Made by a program: the position numbers and the translations under genes. DNA of 64,000 bases from an uncultured Pseudomonadales bacterium (GTDB lineage Bacteria > Pseudomonadota > Gammaproteobacteria > Pseudomonadales > JADFDG01): assembly GCA_964574995.1 (NCBI GenBank), contig CAZNPF010000006.1, forward strand, positions 42,877 to 106,876, read 5' to 3'. A model generated the notes under the pieces. That model was not told the DNA's origin. It saw only the letters and a list, made by a program, of their open reading frames with translations, and did no database searches. This document shows, in pieces, positions 32,402 through 42,145 of the stretch. Position 1 is the first letter of the stretch. Each line of letters opens with the position of its first letter.

Positions 32402-33321
32402 CAGCTTTTCACCTTCTGTTTGCTGATCGATTCATTCACCAGCTCGGCGATGCCCGCTACGGAACCCGCCACACTGGTGGCTTCCAGTGGCAACAAAATA
32501 ACTTTGGAATTGCTGCTGGCGGTGAGCTGGCCCAGTGCTTCCACGTATTTTTGTGCGACGAAATAATTGATCGCCTGCACGCTGCCTTTTTCGATGGCCT
32601 GCGACACCATATGCGTGGCGCGTGCTTCGGCTTCGGCTTGACGTTCGCGCGCTTCGGCGGCGAGGAACGCGGCCTGCTTCTGACCTTCGGCCTGCAACAC
32701 GTCCGATTGCTTAGCGCCTTCGGCTTTAAGAATGGCTGCCTGCCGGAAGCCTTCCGCTTCCAAAATGTTGGCGCGCTTTTCACGCTCGGCTTTCATCTGC
32801 GACGCCATCGCGGCCACCAAATCTGCTGGCGGACGAATGTCTTTGATTTCGATGCGCGTGATTTTTACGCCCCACGGATTCGTCGCATGATCCACCACGC
32901 TGAGCAACTTGGCATTGATCTGGTCACGCTGGCTGAGCATTTCATCGAGGTCCATCGAACCGAGCACGGTACGGATGTTGGTCATGACCAGATTGCGAAT
33001 CGCGTGCTCTAGGTGACTGACCTGATATGCCGCGCGCGCTGAATCGACCACTTGGAAAAACGTGACCGCATCGATCGTCACCATGGCGTTGTCGCGCGAG
33101 ATGACTTCTTGCGGTGGTACATCCAACACCTGCTCCATCACGTTGATGCGACGGCCCACCCGCGAAAAGATCGGGTTGATCAGGCCCAACCCCGGCGGCA
33201 GCGTCTCCACATAGCGACCAAAACGCTCGACCGTCCACTCATAACCCTGCGGGACAAATTTCACACTTCGGCTGACCAAAAAAGCGCCGAGTGCAGCGAT
33301 GATGATGTACACGATACCCAT
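32401..33321 (-). CDS. SPFH/band-7 (stomatin/QmcA-like) protein
   Basis: N-terminal TM helix, SPFH core ([16 protein letters not shown]) and a coiled-coil AEAE-rich tail. The Shine-Dalgarno (SD) sequence is AAGGAGAG. Confidence 0.9.
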   Translation of the reverse strand: MGIVYIIIAALGAFLVSRSVKFVPQGYEWTVERFGRYVETLPPGLGLINPIFSRVGRRINVMEQVLDVPPQEVISRDNAMVTIDAVTFFQVVDSARAAYQVSHLEHAIRNLVMTNIRTVLGSMDLDEMLSQRDQINAKLLSVVDHATNPWGVKITRIEIKDIRPPADLVAAMASQMKAEREKRANILEAEGFRQAAILKAEGAKQSDVLQAEGQKQAAFLAAEARERQAEAEARATHMVSQAIEKGSVQAINYFVAQKYVEALGQLTASSNSKVILLPLEATSVAGSVAGIAELVNESISKQKVKS

Positions 33322-33386
33322 GATGACTCTCCTTGTTGAAAACGATGCGGCAGACGCAAAACGCCGGCCGCGTTACACCTGCAAAA

Positions 33387-35255
33387 TTATTCGAACATAT
33401 CCATCGACGGCGTCAGCCGCATGACTTCTTCAATCGTCGTCAAACCGGATGCCACTTTCTGTGCGCCAGAAAGCCTCAACGGTTTCATACCTTCTTTGAT
33501 AGCCTGCCGGCGAATATCCGCCAACTCGGCATTTTGTGCGATCAGTCGCTGCAGTGCCGGCGACAGCGGCAGCAATTCATACACACCCATACGACCCATG
33601 TACCCGGTGTCGCGACACTCCAAGCAACCCACCGGCTCAAACACTTTGGGTGGCACACGCGATTTGAACGGCGCCACCAATTGTTTCCAGATTTCGGGAT
33701 CGGTATCGACTTCACGCTTGCAGTGTGCGCACAGCGTGCGCACCAAACGCTGCGCCATCACGCCCACGACCGTTGCGCTGATCAGATAAGGCGGCACACC
33801 AAGATCCACCAAACGCGTGATTGAGCTCGGTGCGTCGTTGGTGTGCAACGTCGATAGCACCAGATGGCCGGTGAGTGCCGCCTGCACGGCAACATCGGCG
33901 GTATCGAGATCACGAATCTCGCCGACCATGATGATGTCTGGGTCTTGACGCAGCAGCGCTTTGACGCCATCGGCAAAACCCACATCGATATTGGCTTGCA
34001 CCTGCATTTGATTGAACGACGGCTCGACCATTTCGATCGGGTCTTCGATGGTGCAAACATTCACCTCGGCAGTCGCCAGTCGCTTGAGTGTGGAATACAG
34101 CGTCGTCGTTTTGCCGGAGCCGGTAGGGCCAGTGACAAATACGATGCCGTGCGCGGCATCCGTCATCGCCTGCCATTTCTGAAAATCTTCAGCCGCTAAA
34201 CCGAGTTGCTCGAAAGTGCGCACCAGCACTTCCGGGTCAAAAATACGCATCACCATTTTTTCGCCGAAAGCGGTCGGCAAGGTGGATAGACGCAATTCGA
34301 TTTCGTCGCCGCCCGGCGAGCGGGTTTTGATGCGGCCATCCTGCGGTTTACGTTTTTCGGCCACATTCAAGCGGCCCAAAATTTTCAAGCGTGCGACGAC
34401 CGCCGTCATCACCATCGCCGGCAATTCGTACACATCGTGCAGCACGCCATCAATACGAAAACGCATCTTGCCGGTTTCGCGACGCGGCTCCAGATGGATA
34501 TCGCTGGCGCGCTGCTCAAAGGCGTACTGCAGAATCCAATCGACGATCGCCACGATGTGCTGGTCGTTGGCATCTGCCGACGCCTTACCCATTTCCAGCA
34601 ATTGTTCGAAGTTGATCGCGCCGACACCCGAACCACCCTCACCGCTGGCGCGCTGAATGGAACGCGACAGGTTGTAGAACTCCAACCGATAACGCGCGAT
34701 GGCATCCGGATTGCTGATGACGACTTTGACTTCACGGCCACGCGCCGTCTGTTCGATCTGTCCCAGCCAACCTAGGCTGAACGGCTGATCGGTGGCGATG
34801 GTGAGCGTGTCTTTGTCGGCCTTCACCGCGAGGATGTGATGGCGCTCCGCAAATTTGTACGACATCACTTCCGCGATTTTCGCCACGTTGACCTTCAGCG
34901 GGTCCAAGTGGAACCACGGCAAGCCGGCTTTCTGGGCGAACCACTGGCTGAGCCAGTCGAGGGTCAACTTCTGTCCGGCCAATTGCTGATGCATGAACTG
35001 GTGCTTGGCCACCATTTGCAGGCCGTGCCACGTGGCCTCGTGCTTCTCGCGCGCTGTGCTGGAAACGATGTTGGCATCGCCCTGAGACAACGCGCCGTCC
35101 GCCAACAACTGATCCAGTACCCAGCGGGTATCGACCAAAAACTGACCTCGGCCGGTCGGGACCTTGGCCGCCAAGGCGACGGGGGTGGCAGGCACGGCAT
35201 CACTGGGCTTGGCGGTGGTCACAGGCAGGATTTCCGGGCCGGGAGAAACCGGCAC
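33387..35255 (-). CDS. GspE/PilB-family secretion ATPase (stand-alone)
   Basis: T2SSE_N-like N-terminal domain, Walker A GPTGSGKTT, Walker B DPDIIMVGEIRD, His box TGHLVLSTLHTND, and the tetracysteine motif CAHC...CLEC. Confidence 0.9.
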   Translation of the reverse strand: MPVSPGPEILPVTTAKPSDAVPATPVALAAKVPTGRGQFLVDTRWVLDQLLADGALSQGDANIVSSTAREKHEATWHGLQMVAKHQFMHQQLAGQKLTLDWLSQWFAQKAGLPWFHLDPLKVNVAKIAEVMSYKFAERHHILAVKADKDTLTIATDQPFSLGWLGQIEQTARGREVKVVISNPDAIARYRLEFYNLSRSIQRASGEGGSGVGAINFEQLLEMGKASADANDQHIVAIVDWILQYAFEQRASDIHLEPRRETGKMRFRIDGVLHDVYELPAMVMTAVVARLKILGRLNVAEKRKPQDGRIKTRSPGGDEIELRLSTLPTAFGEKMVMRIFDPEVLVRTFEQLGLAAEDFQKWQAMTDAAHGIVFVTGPTGSGKTTTLYSTLKRLATAEVNVCTIEDPIEMVEPSFNQMQVQANIDVGFADGVKALLRQDPDIIMVGEIRDLDTADVAVQAALTGHLVLSTLHTNDAPSSITRLVDLGVPPYLISATVVGVMAQRLVRTLCAHCKREVDTDPEIWKQLVAPFKSRVPPKVFEPVGCLECRDTGYMGRMGVYELLPLSPALQRLIAQNAELADIRRQAIKEGMKPLRLSGAQKVASGLTTIEEVMRLTPSMDMFE

Positions 35256-35382
35256 GCTCCTTATTTATTTGCTGACTACTCTAGCGCCCCGCCGTCCTCG
35301 CCGTCACCGGCCCGCCTATAATCCGCCGCCCGCGCAACACCCCCGGCGGGCTCAACCCGGATCCAGACACGAGGACCTTCAC

Positions 35383-36063
35383 ATGCCCTTGGGTTCCACA
35401 CTGGGAGGCCTGATCGGCCGCTCCCCCATCAAGCCCATCCAAACGCACATGACCAAGAGTCACCAGTGCGCCGAACTGCTACTGCCTTTCATTGAAGCCG
35501 CCATCGCGGGCCAATGGGAGCAGGCCACGCGTCTGCAACAGCAGATCGTGATGGCCGAACGCGAAGCCGATGTCTTGAAAAAAGAGATCCGCCGCCGGCT
35601 ACCCAAGAGCCTGTTCCTGCCGATGCCACGCGAAGACTTGCTGGACCTCGTGTCTTCCCAAGACAAAGTCGCCAACCAAGTCAAAGACATCGCCGGCTTG
35701 ATGCTCGGGCGGCAGATGGTCTTCCCGGCTTCACTGACCACGCCGATGCTGGATTTTGCACGCAGCGCGGTCGCCGCTTCGGCGCAAGCGGTCAAAGCCA
35801 TTAACGAACTCGATGAACTCATCGAAACCGGCTTTGGTGGTTATGAAATCAAGCTGGTTGAAAAACTGCTCGACGAATTGGACAAACTCGAACACGACAA
35901 CGACGAATTGCAAATCACGATCCGTCAGGCCTTGTTCAAGGTGGAGAAGGAGCTCTATCCGGTAGACGTAATTTTTCTCTACCAAGTGATCGAGCAGATT
36001 GGCGATCTCGCCAATCGCGCACAACGTGTTGGCGGCCAACTGCAAATGTTGCTGGCTCGCTGA
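35383..36063 (+). CDS. DUF47 / PhoU-like Pit accessory protein (TIGR00153 family)
   Basis: Lies in ORF 35164..36063. The likely start is ATG 35383 (MPLGSTLGGLIGRSPIKP). It sits immediately upstream of a PiT transporter, as is typical. Confidence 0.8.
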   Translation: MPLGSTLGGLIGRSPIKPIQTHMTKSHQCAELLLPFIEAAIAGQWEQATRLQQQIVMAEREADVLKKEIRRRLPKSLFLPMPREDLLDLVSSQDKVANQVKDIAGLMLGRQMVFPASLTTPMLDFARSAVAASAQAVKAINELDELIETGFGGYEIKLVEKLLDELDKLEHDNDELQITIRQALFKVEKELYPVDVIFLYQVIEQIGDLANRAQRVGGQLQMLLAR

Positions 36064-36115
36064 ACGCAACACGCTGTTAAAAACCTTCTTTTAACTTTTT
36101 GTATCGGGAGTCCAC

Positions 36116-37393
36116 ATGGACATCATCGCCCAGCATGCACAACTGCTGCTGATCGTTGCCTGTGTCTTTGGCCTTTTTATGGCCTGGGGTGTAGGTGCCA
36201 ACGACGTTGCCAACGCCATGGGCACGTCTGTTGGCTCGAAAGTACTCACCATCAAGCGCGCACTGATTGTTGCCATGGTGTTTGAATTTGCCGGTGCTTA
36301 TCTCGCGGGCGGCGAAGTCACCAATACGATTCGCGATGGCATCGTCGACCCGGCCGCCTTTGCCGCCGTGCCACACGATCTGGTGTTCGGCATGCTCGCC
36401 GCGCTGCTGGCGGCCGGTTTCTGGCTACTGTTCGCTACCGCCATGGGCTGGCCGGTTTCCACCACACACTCCATCGTCGGCGCCATCATCGGTTTTTCCA
36501 TCGTATCCGTCGGCGCTGACGCGGTGAAATGGGGAAAAGTCGGCTACATCGCCTCCAGCTGGGTGATCTCACCGCTGATTGCCGCTATTGCTTCCTACGC
36601 GCTATTTCGTTCTGCGCAAAAACTCATTCTCGATACCGACGATCCATTCCGAAACGCTAAAAAATATATTCCTTACTACATGTTCTTTGTCGGCTTCATT
36701 TTGTCGATGGTGACCATGAGTAAAGGCCTCAAACACGTTGGGCTGCCGCTGACACCCACCGAATCCTTCATGCTGTCCATCGCCATTGGTTGCGTCGTTG
36801 CCGCGCTGGGCATGTTGCTGATGCGTCGCATCGAACCAGACCCCGAAGCCGAACGCTCTTTCCGTTACGCCAGCGTCGAAAAAGTATTCGGCATTCTGAT
36901 GATTTTTACTGCTTGCTCGATGGCTTTTGCGCACGGCTCCAATGACGTGGCCAATGCGGTCGGCCCGCTGGCCGCCATCTTTAGCGTCGTGCAGTCCGGT
37001 GGCGATATCGGCGGCAAATCTGCCACCCCCAGTTGGATTTTGTTGTTGGGTGCCATCGGCATCGTGATCGGCTTGGCCACCTACGGCGCGCGCGTCATTG
37101 CCACCATCGGTGAAAAAATCACCGAGCTGACGCCGTCGCGTGGTTTCGCCGCCGAATTTGCCGCTGCTACCACGGTGGTGGTTGCCTCCGGTATGGGTTT
37201 GCCCACTTCCACCACGCACACGCTGGTCGGTGCCGTGCTGGGTGTCGGTTTTGCGCGCGGCATCGGCTCCATCAATCTCGGCGTCATCGGCGGCATTTTC
37301 AGCAGTTGGGTCATCACGCTGCCGGCGGGCGCCGTGCTCGCGATGATTTTCTTCTATGTGCTGAAATTCGTGTTCGGCGCGCTCTGGGCCTAA
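36116..37393 (+). CDS. inorganic phosphate transporter, PiT family
   Basis: Duplicated signature GANDVANAMGTSVGS and GSNDVANAVGP. A polytopic membrane protein. Confidence 0.9.
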   Translation: MDIIAQHAQLLLIVACVFGLFMAWGVGANDVANAMGTSVGSKVLTIKRALIVAMVFEFAGAYLAGGEVTNTIRDGIVDPAAFAAVPHDLVFGMLAALLAAGFWLLFATAMGWPVSTTHSIVGAIIGFSIVSVGADAVKWGKVGYIASSWVISPLIAAIASYALFRSAQKLILDTDDPFRNAKKYIPYYMFFVGFILSMVTMSKGLKHVGLPLTPTESFMLSIAIGCVVAALGMLLMRRIEPDPEAERSFRYASVEKVFGILMIFTACSMAFAHGSNDVANAVGPLAAIFSVVQSGGDIGGKSATPSWILLLGAIGIVIGLATYGARVIATIGEKITELTPSRGFAAEFAAATTVVVASGMGLPTSTTHTLVGAVLGVGFARGIGSINLGVIGGIFSSWVITLPAGAVLAMIFFYVLKFVFGALWA

Positions 37394-37401
37394 CACCGGC
37401 C

Positions 37402-37428
37402 CCATCGGGCATATAAATATGCCCCGAT
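37402..37428. other. near-perfect palindrome/hairpin just after the pit stop codon
   Basis: CATCGGGCATAT-AA-ATATGCCCCGATG: an 8-bp perfect core plus 4 outer pairs with one bulged C. No clean T-run follows, so it could be a weak terminator or a protein-binding palindrome. Confidence 0.35.
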
Positions 37429-37499
37429 GTTCTTGGGCAATGCGGCGGCGGCCTTGTTAAGGTCGCCGCCTTTCTTGCCATGCACGCCACGCACAATCC

Positions 37500-38297
37500 A
37501 TGACTTTCGAATTCGCAAATCTCGGTTATTCATTGGCCGGCCTGCTGGTCGGCATGCTGGTCGGTGCTACCGGCGTCGGTGGCGGCTCGCTGATGACGCC
37601 GATTCTGATTCTGCTGTTCAGCGTCAAGCCAGCGTTGGCGGTCGGCACCGATCTGCTCTACGCCTGCGTCACCAAATCGTTTGGCGTCTGGCTGCATCGC
37701 ACCAAGGGCACGGTGAATTGGCGCATCGTGGGCCTGCTCGCCTTGGGCAGCCTGCCCTCCTGCGCGCTTGCGCTGTGGCTTCTGCATTATTTGGGTGAAG
37801 ACGGCATCAAGTTTTCCCTGATTACCAAAACGCTGGCGGTGATGATCATCGTCACCGGCAGCCTGACTTTGCTCGGCAACCTGCTCAAGAAAAAAGCGCA
37901 AGCAGATGATCAACCGGTGGCGCATTGGGCGCACGGCCGCGCGCGCGAGCCGTTGGTGGTCGCGCTGGGCGTGCTGGTCGGTGCGACAGTCACGCTGTCT
38001 TCTGTCGGCGCTGGTGCCATCGTCGCCACACTGCTGCTCATGCTTTACCCGCGGCTGCCAACGGTCTCGATCGTCGGCACCGACCTCGCTTATGCCATCC
38101 CGCTGACCTTGGTGGCCGGGCTGGGCCATGCCGGTTCCGGCAACGTCGATTTCGGCTTGCTGGGCTGGATGCTGCTGGGTTCTTTGCCGGGGATCTGGCT
38201 CGGCACGAAATTCGGCTTCCAGGTGCCTGAGCAGACCTTGCGACGTTTCCTCGGCGGCACGCTGGTGGTGATCGGCTTCGTGCTACTGAACAAGTAG
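37500..38297 (+). CDS. TauE/SafE (DUF81) family anion exporter-like membrane protein
   Basis: Eight-TM-type hydrophobic profile with VGATGVGGGSLMTPIL and a second GAG-rich half. Confidence 0.75.
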   Translation: MTFEFANLGYSLAGLLVGMLVGATGVGGGSLMTPILILLFSVKPALAVGTDLLYACVTKSFGVWLHRTKGTVNWRIVGLLALGSLPSCALALWLLHYLGEDGIKFSLITKTLAVMIIVTGSLTLLGNLLKKKAQADDQPVAHWAHGRAREPLVVALGVLVGATVTLSSVGAGAIVATLLLMLYPRLPTVSIVGTDLAYAIPLTLVAGLGHAGSGNVDFGLLGWMLLGSLPGIWLGTKFGFQVPEQTLRRFLGGTLVVIGFVLLNK

Positions 38298-38457
38298 CGG
38301 ACTGTTTGCACGCGACGCATACCCGCACACGGAACGCGGATTGGGGCGACACGCGCGACCGTCAGCCAACGCATTGCGATTAGGTGGCAGCCGCCGCGCC
38401 AACAGGCACCCGGTCGCTATAATCGTCGGCTCCCTGTCGCTGTCGGAGCGCCAAACC

Positions 38458-39768
38458 ATGCAGGACACCGCCGCTTGGGTGCAGTGGTTCCGCAACTCCT
38501 CGCCCTATATCAACGCGCACCACGGACGCACTTTCGTGGTGTTCGTCCCCGGTGAAGCCGTGGCGAGCGAACGCTTCGCCACGCTGATCCACGACATTGC
38601 GCTGCTGGATAGCCTCGGCATTCGGCTGGTGCTGGTGCATGGCGCGCGTCCGCAGATCACTGCATCGCTGGCCGAAAAAAACATCGAATCAAAGTTTGAC
38701 CGGCACACACGTATCACCACCGCCGAAGCATTGCCATTTATTGAAGATGCCGTGGGCCGCGTGCGCATCCGCATCGAAGCGCAGCTCTCGATGGGGCTGG
38801 CCAACTCACCGATGCACAACGCGCGGCTGCGGGTGCTGTCTGGCAATTTCGTCACCGCACGGCCCGTGGGCGTGCGCGACGGCTTTGATTATCAGCACAC
38901 CGGCGAGATTCGTCGCATCGACATCACCGCCATCAACAGTGCGCTGGATGCTGGCGCCATCGTGCTGCTGTCGCCACTGGGCTATTCGCCTACCGGTGAA
39001 GTGTTCAACCTCAATGCGGAAGAAGTAGCGACCCACGCCGCCATGGCGCTCAAAGCCGACAAGCTGGTGATACTCGGCGAAGCCGACGGCGTACACGATG
39101 CGGCCGGCGAGTTGCTGCGCGACATGACACCGCAAGAGGCGCAAGCACTGCCGACGAAACAAAAAATCTCTGATCCCGCTGTGGCTCGTCATCTGGCCGC
39201 TGCCGCACACGCCACCGCGCAGGGTGTCGCCCGCGCACATTTGCTCTCACACCAAGTCGATGGCGCATTGCTGCAAGAATTATTCACGCGCGATGGCTGC
39301 GGCACACTCATCGCACGCGAATCGTTTGAAACATTCCGCGCTGCCGGTGTCGACGATGTCGGCGGCATTTTGGAATTGATTCGTCCGCTGGAAGACGCCG
39401 GCATCTTGGTCAAGCGCGCACGCGAGCAATTGGAAACCGAGATTCGTTATTTCCACGTGATCGAACGCGACGGATCCGTGATCGGCTGCGCCGCGCTGTA
39501 TCCGCTGGCCGACAAAGCCGGCGAGCTCGCCTGCGTCGCTGTGCATGCCGATTATCGGCAAGCCGGGCGCGCTGCACGCCTGTTGGAAGAAGTCGCCAAA
39601 CGGGCGCGCGCACAAGGCATGACGCGGCTGTTCACGCTCACGACGCAAACTGCGCATTTCTTTCAAGAGCAGGGCTTCACCGCCAGCACGCCCGACGCAC
39701 TGCCGGAGCCCAAAAAATCGCTGTACAACTTGCAACGTAATTCCAAAGTTTTTGTCAAAACTCTTTAA
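38458..39768 (+). CDS. argA: amino-acid N-acetyltransferase (N-acetylglutamate synthase)
   Basis: Lies in ORF 38341..39768. The likely start is ATG 38458 ([28 protein letters not shown]). It has an AAK domain plus a C-terminal GNAT domain. A TATAAT hexamer lies at 38418-38423. Confidence 0.9.
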   Translation: MQDTAAWVQWFRNSSPYINAHHGRTFVVFVPGEAVASERFATLIHDIALLDSLGIRLVLVHGARPQITASLAEKNIESKFDRHTRITTAEALPFIEDAVGRVRIRIEAQLSMGLANSPMHNARLRVLSGNFVTARPVGVRDGFDYQHTGEIRRIDITAINSALDAGAIVLLSPLGYSPTGEVFNLNAEEVATHAAMALKADKLVILGEADGVHDAAGELLRDMTPQEAQALPTKQKISDPAVARHLAAAAHATAQGVARAHLLSHQVDGALLQELFTRDGCGTLIARESFETFRAAGVDDVGGILELIRPLEDAGILVKRAREQLETEIRYFHVIERDGSVIGCAALYPLADKAGELACVAVHADYRQAGRAARLLEEVAKRARAQGMTRLFTLTTQTAHFFQEQGFTASTPDALPEPKKSLYNLQRNSKVFVKTL

Positions 39769-39781
39769 CAGGACTGCCGTA

Positions 39782-41635
39782 ATGCCCGTCTATCGCTCGA
39801 AAACCTCTACTGGCGGCCGCAACATGGCCGGCGCCCGCGCCCTGTGGCGCGCCACTGGCATGAAAGATGGCGATTTCGGCAAACCGATTATCGCGGTGTG
39901 CAATTCTTTCACCCAATTCGTGCCCGGTCACGTGCACTTGAAAGATATGGGCCAGTTGGTGGCGCGTGAAATCGAGAAGGCCGGCGGTGTCGCCAAAGAA
40001 TTCAACACCATCGCCGTCGATGACGGCATCGCCATGGGGCACGACGGCATGTTGTATTCGCTGCCTTCGCGCGAGCTGATCGCGGATGCCGTGGAATACA
40101 TGGCGAATGCGCACTGCGCGGACGCGCTGGTGTGTATTTCCAACTGCGACAAAATCACACCCGGCATGTTGCTAGCCGCCATGCGTCTAAACATTCCCGC
40201 GATTTTCGTGTCTGGCGGCCCGATGGAGGCCGGCAAAACGAAACTCGCTATCGACCACAAACTGGATCTGGTCGACGCCATGGTCGCAGCGGCCGACCCC
40301 AGCGTGAGCGATGCCGATGTCGCCGAAATGGAACGTTCGGCGTGCCCGACCTGCGGCTCCTGCTCTGGCATGTTCACCGCCAACTCCATGAACTGCCTCA
40401 CCGAAGCGCTCGGCCTGTCGCTGCCCGGCAACGGCACGGTCGTGGCCACACACGCGGATCGCGAGCAACTGTTCCTCGAAGCCGGCCGCCGCATCGTCGA
40501 CATTACGCGTCGTTATTACGAGCAAGATGACGAAAGCGTGCTGCCGCGCACCGTTGCCTCGTTCAAAGCGTTTGAAAATGCGATGACGCTGGATATCGCC
40601 ATGGGCGGCTCCACCAACACCGTGCTGCACATTCTTGCCGCTGCCGAAGAAGGCGGCGTGAATTTCACGATGAAAGATATCGATCGGCTGTCGCGCAAAG
40701 TGCCGCAACTGTGCAAAGTGGCGCCGTCCACACCGTATGTGCACATCGAAGACGTGCACCGTGCCGGTGGCATTCCAGCCATTCTCGGCGAGCTCGCGCG
40801 CGCCGGCTTGCTGCACACCGATGTGCCCACCGTGCACGCAAAAACCATGGGCGAAGCGCTCAAGCAGTGGGACATCGCCGGCAAAGTTAGCGACGACGTG
40901 CAGACATTTTTCCGTGCCGGCCCGGCGGGCATTCCGACGCAGGTCGCGTTCTCGCAAGCCACGCGTTACGACACCCTGGATACCGATCGCGCTGCCGGCG
41001 TGATCCGCGACAAAAAACATGCCTTCAGCCAAGACGGCGGTTTGGCCGTGCTCTACGGCAACATCGCACCGAATGGCTGCATTGTGAAAACGGCCGGCGT
41101 CGACGATTCCATTCTTGTGTTCACCGGTCGCGCGCGCGTGTTTGAAAGCCAAGACGCTGCGGTTGAAGCGATTCTCGGCAACGCCATCAAACCGGGCGAT
41201 GTGGTGGTGATTCGCTACGAAGGTCCGCGCGGTGGCCCCGGCATGCAAGAAATGCTGTATCCGACCAGCTACCTGAAATCCAAAGGTTTGGGCAAAGCCT
41301 GCGCGCTACTGACCGATGGCCGTTTCTCGGGCGGCACCTCGGGCTTGTCGATTGGCCACGTTTCGCCAGAAGCCGCCGAGCACGGCCCGATCGCATTGGT
41401 CAACGAAGGCGACACCATTCACATCGACATTCCGCAACGCGAAATTACGCTCAAGGTCAGTGACGAGGAATTAAAAGCCCGCGCTGCCAAGCAAGATGCA
41501 CGGGGTTCGCTAGGCTGGAAGCCGGTGAAGATGCGCAATCGCCGCGTCAGTGCTGCGCTCACCGCCTACGCGGCGATGACCACCAGTGCCGATCGCGGTG
41601 CCGTGCGCGATGTGTCGCAGCTGAGCAAGCGCTGA
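39782..41635 (+). CDS. ilvD: dihydroxy-acid dehydratase
   Basis: Start [34 protein letters not shown] and [16 protein letters not shown] Fe-S ligand motifs. Confidence 0.95.
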   Translation: MPVYRSKTSTGGRNMAGARALWRATGMKDGDFGKPIIAVCNSFTQFVPGHVHLKDMGQLVAREIEKAGGVAKEFNTIAVDDGIAMGHDGMLYSLPSRELIADAVEYMANAHCADALVCISNCDKITPGMLLAAMRLNIPAIFVSGGPMEAGKTKLAIDHKLDLVDAMVAAADPSVSDADVAEMERSACPTCGSCSGMFTANSMNCLTEALGLSLPGNGTVVATHADREQLFLEAGRRIVDITRRYYEQDDESVLPRTVASFKAFENAMTLDIAMGGSTNTVLHILAAAEEGGVNFTMKDIDRLSRKVPQLCKVAPSTPYVHIEDVHRAGGIPAILGELARAGLLHTDVPTVHAKTMGEALKQWDIAGKVSDDVQTFFRAGPAGIPTQVAFSQATRYDTLDTDRAAGVIRDKKHAFSQDGGLAVLYGNIAPNGCIVKTAGVDDSILVFTGRARVFESQDAAVEAILGNAIKPGDVVVIRYEGPRGGPGMQEMLYPTSYLKSKGLGKACALLTDGRFSGGTSGLSIGHVSPEAAEHGPIALVNEGDTIHIDIPQREITLKVSDEELKARAAKQDARGSLGWKPVKMRNRRVSAALTAYAAMTTSADRGAVRDVSQLSKR

Positions 41636-41655
41636 CGTCTCGTCCCAATCACCTG

Positions 41656-41691
41656 CCATAAAAAATCCCGGCTGATGCCGGGATTTTTTAT
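41656..41691. terminator. bidirectional hairpin terminator, copy A of a perfect 36-bp repeat
   Basis: CCATAAAAAATCCCGGCTGATGCCGGGATTTTTTAT. Stem AATCCCGGC / loop TGAT / stem GCCGGGATT, with an A6 run before and a T6 run after. It is identical to 43479-43514. Confidence 0.8.
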
Positions 41692-41711
41692 TCGTCTCAC
41701 ATCCTAATTCA

Positions 41712-42134
41712 TTAAGGCCACGGGTGACTTTTGGGTTTTGGCGTGATGTCGGCAACCATCTCTGCTCTGATGTAGCACAAGCCGCCAGGATTGGTTTCCA
41801 AAAACGATTCCACCTCTTTAGCCGAGCCCACCATCAAAGGCGGCGTACCGCCGCCAGAAAACAACTTGCGCGCCCAATACGCGACATAATCACGTTCATT
41901 CTTTTTGACTAACTGCGTATAAAACGGATCAGTCGCCGAAATATCGCGCAGCAAACACACCCGCACTTTTGCGCCATTTTCCCAAAGCGTTTTTCTGCCC
42001 ATAAAAATGTCGCGCGCATCAGTCTCAGAGACTTGCGTTTGACCGGCGCCAGCGCCCATCACCATGACATTGCCGGCTTGCGCCAAACCACTGGCCAACA
42101 GCAGAGCGGCGCCAAGCGTCATCAACTTATTCAT
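41712..42134 (-). CDS. small periplasmic protein, PstS/PBP-like_2 mini-domain type (function unknown)
   Basis: Signal peptide MNKLMTLGAALLLASGLAQA and SD GAGGGGGTGG. The pattern IFMGRKTLWENG...WARKLFSGGGTPP...GGLCYI resembles short periplasmic-binding-like proteins. It starts 11 bp after the porin stop. Confidence 0.6.
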   Translation of the reverse strand: MNKLMTLGAALLLASGLAQAGNVMVMGAGAGQTQVSETDARDIFMGRKTLWENGAKVRVCLLRDISATDPFYTQLVKKNERDYVAYWARKLFSGGGTPPLMVGSAKEVESFLETNPGGLCYIRAEMVADITPKPKSHPWP

Positions 42135-42145
42135 ATGCCACCCCC

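Noticed and set aside
31595-32566. 323-aa and 245-aa plus-strand ORFs spanning the glnE 5' end, the NfeD gene and the SPFH 3' end.
   Set aside because: They are antisense to three well-supported minus-strand genes and have a low-complexity composition.
36602-37405. A 267-aa minus-strand ORF antisense to the PiT transporter gene.
   Set aside because: It is a shadow ORF with a Gly/Asp/His/Arg-rich nonsense-like composition. The plus-strand gene carries the duplicated GxNDVANA signature.
40187-41248. A 353-aa minus-strand ORF antisense to ilvD.
   Set aside because: It is a shadow ORF within an unambiguous ilvD gene.
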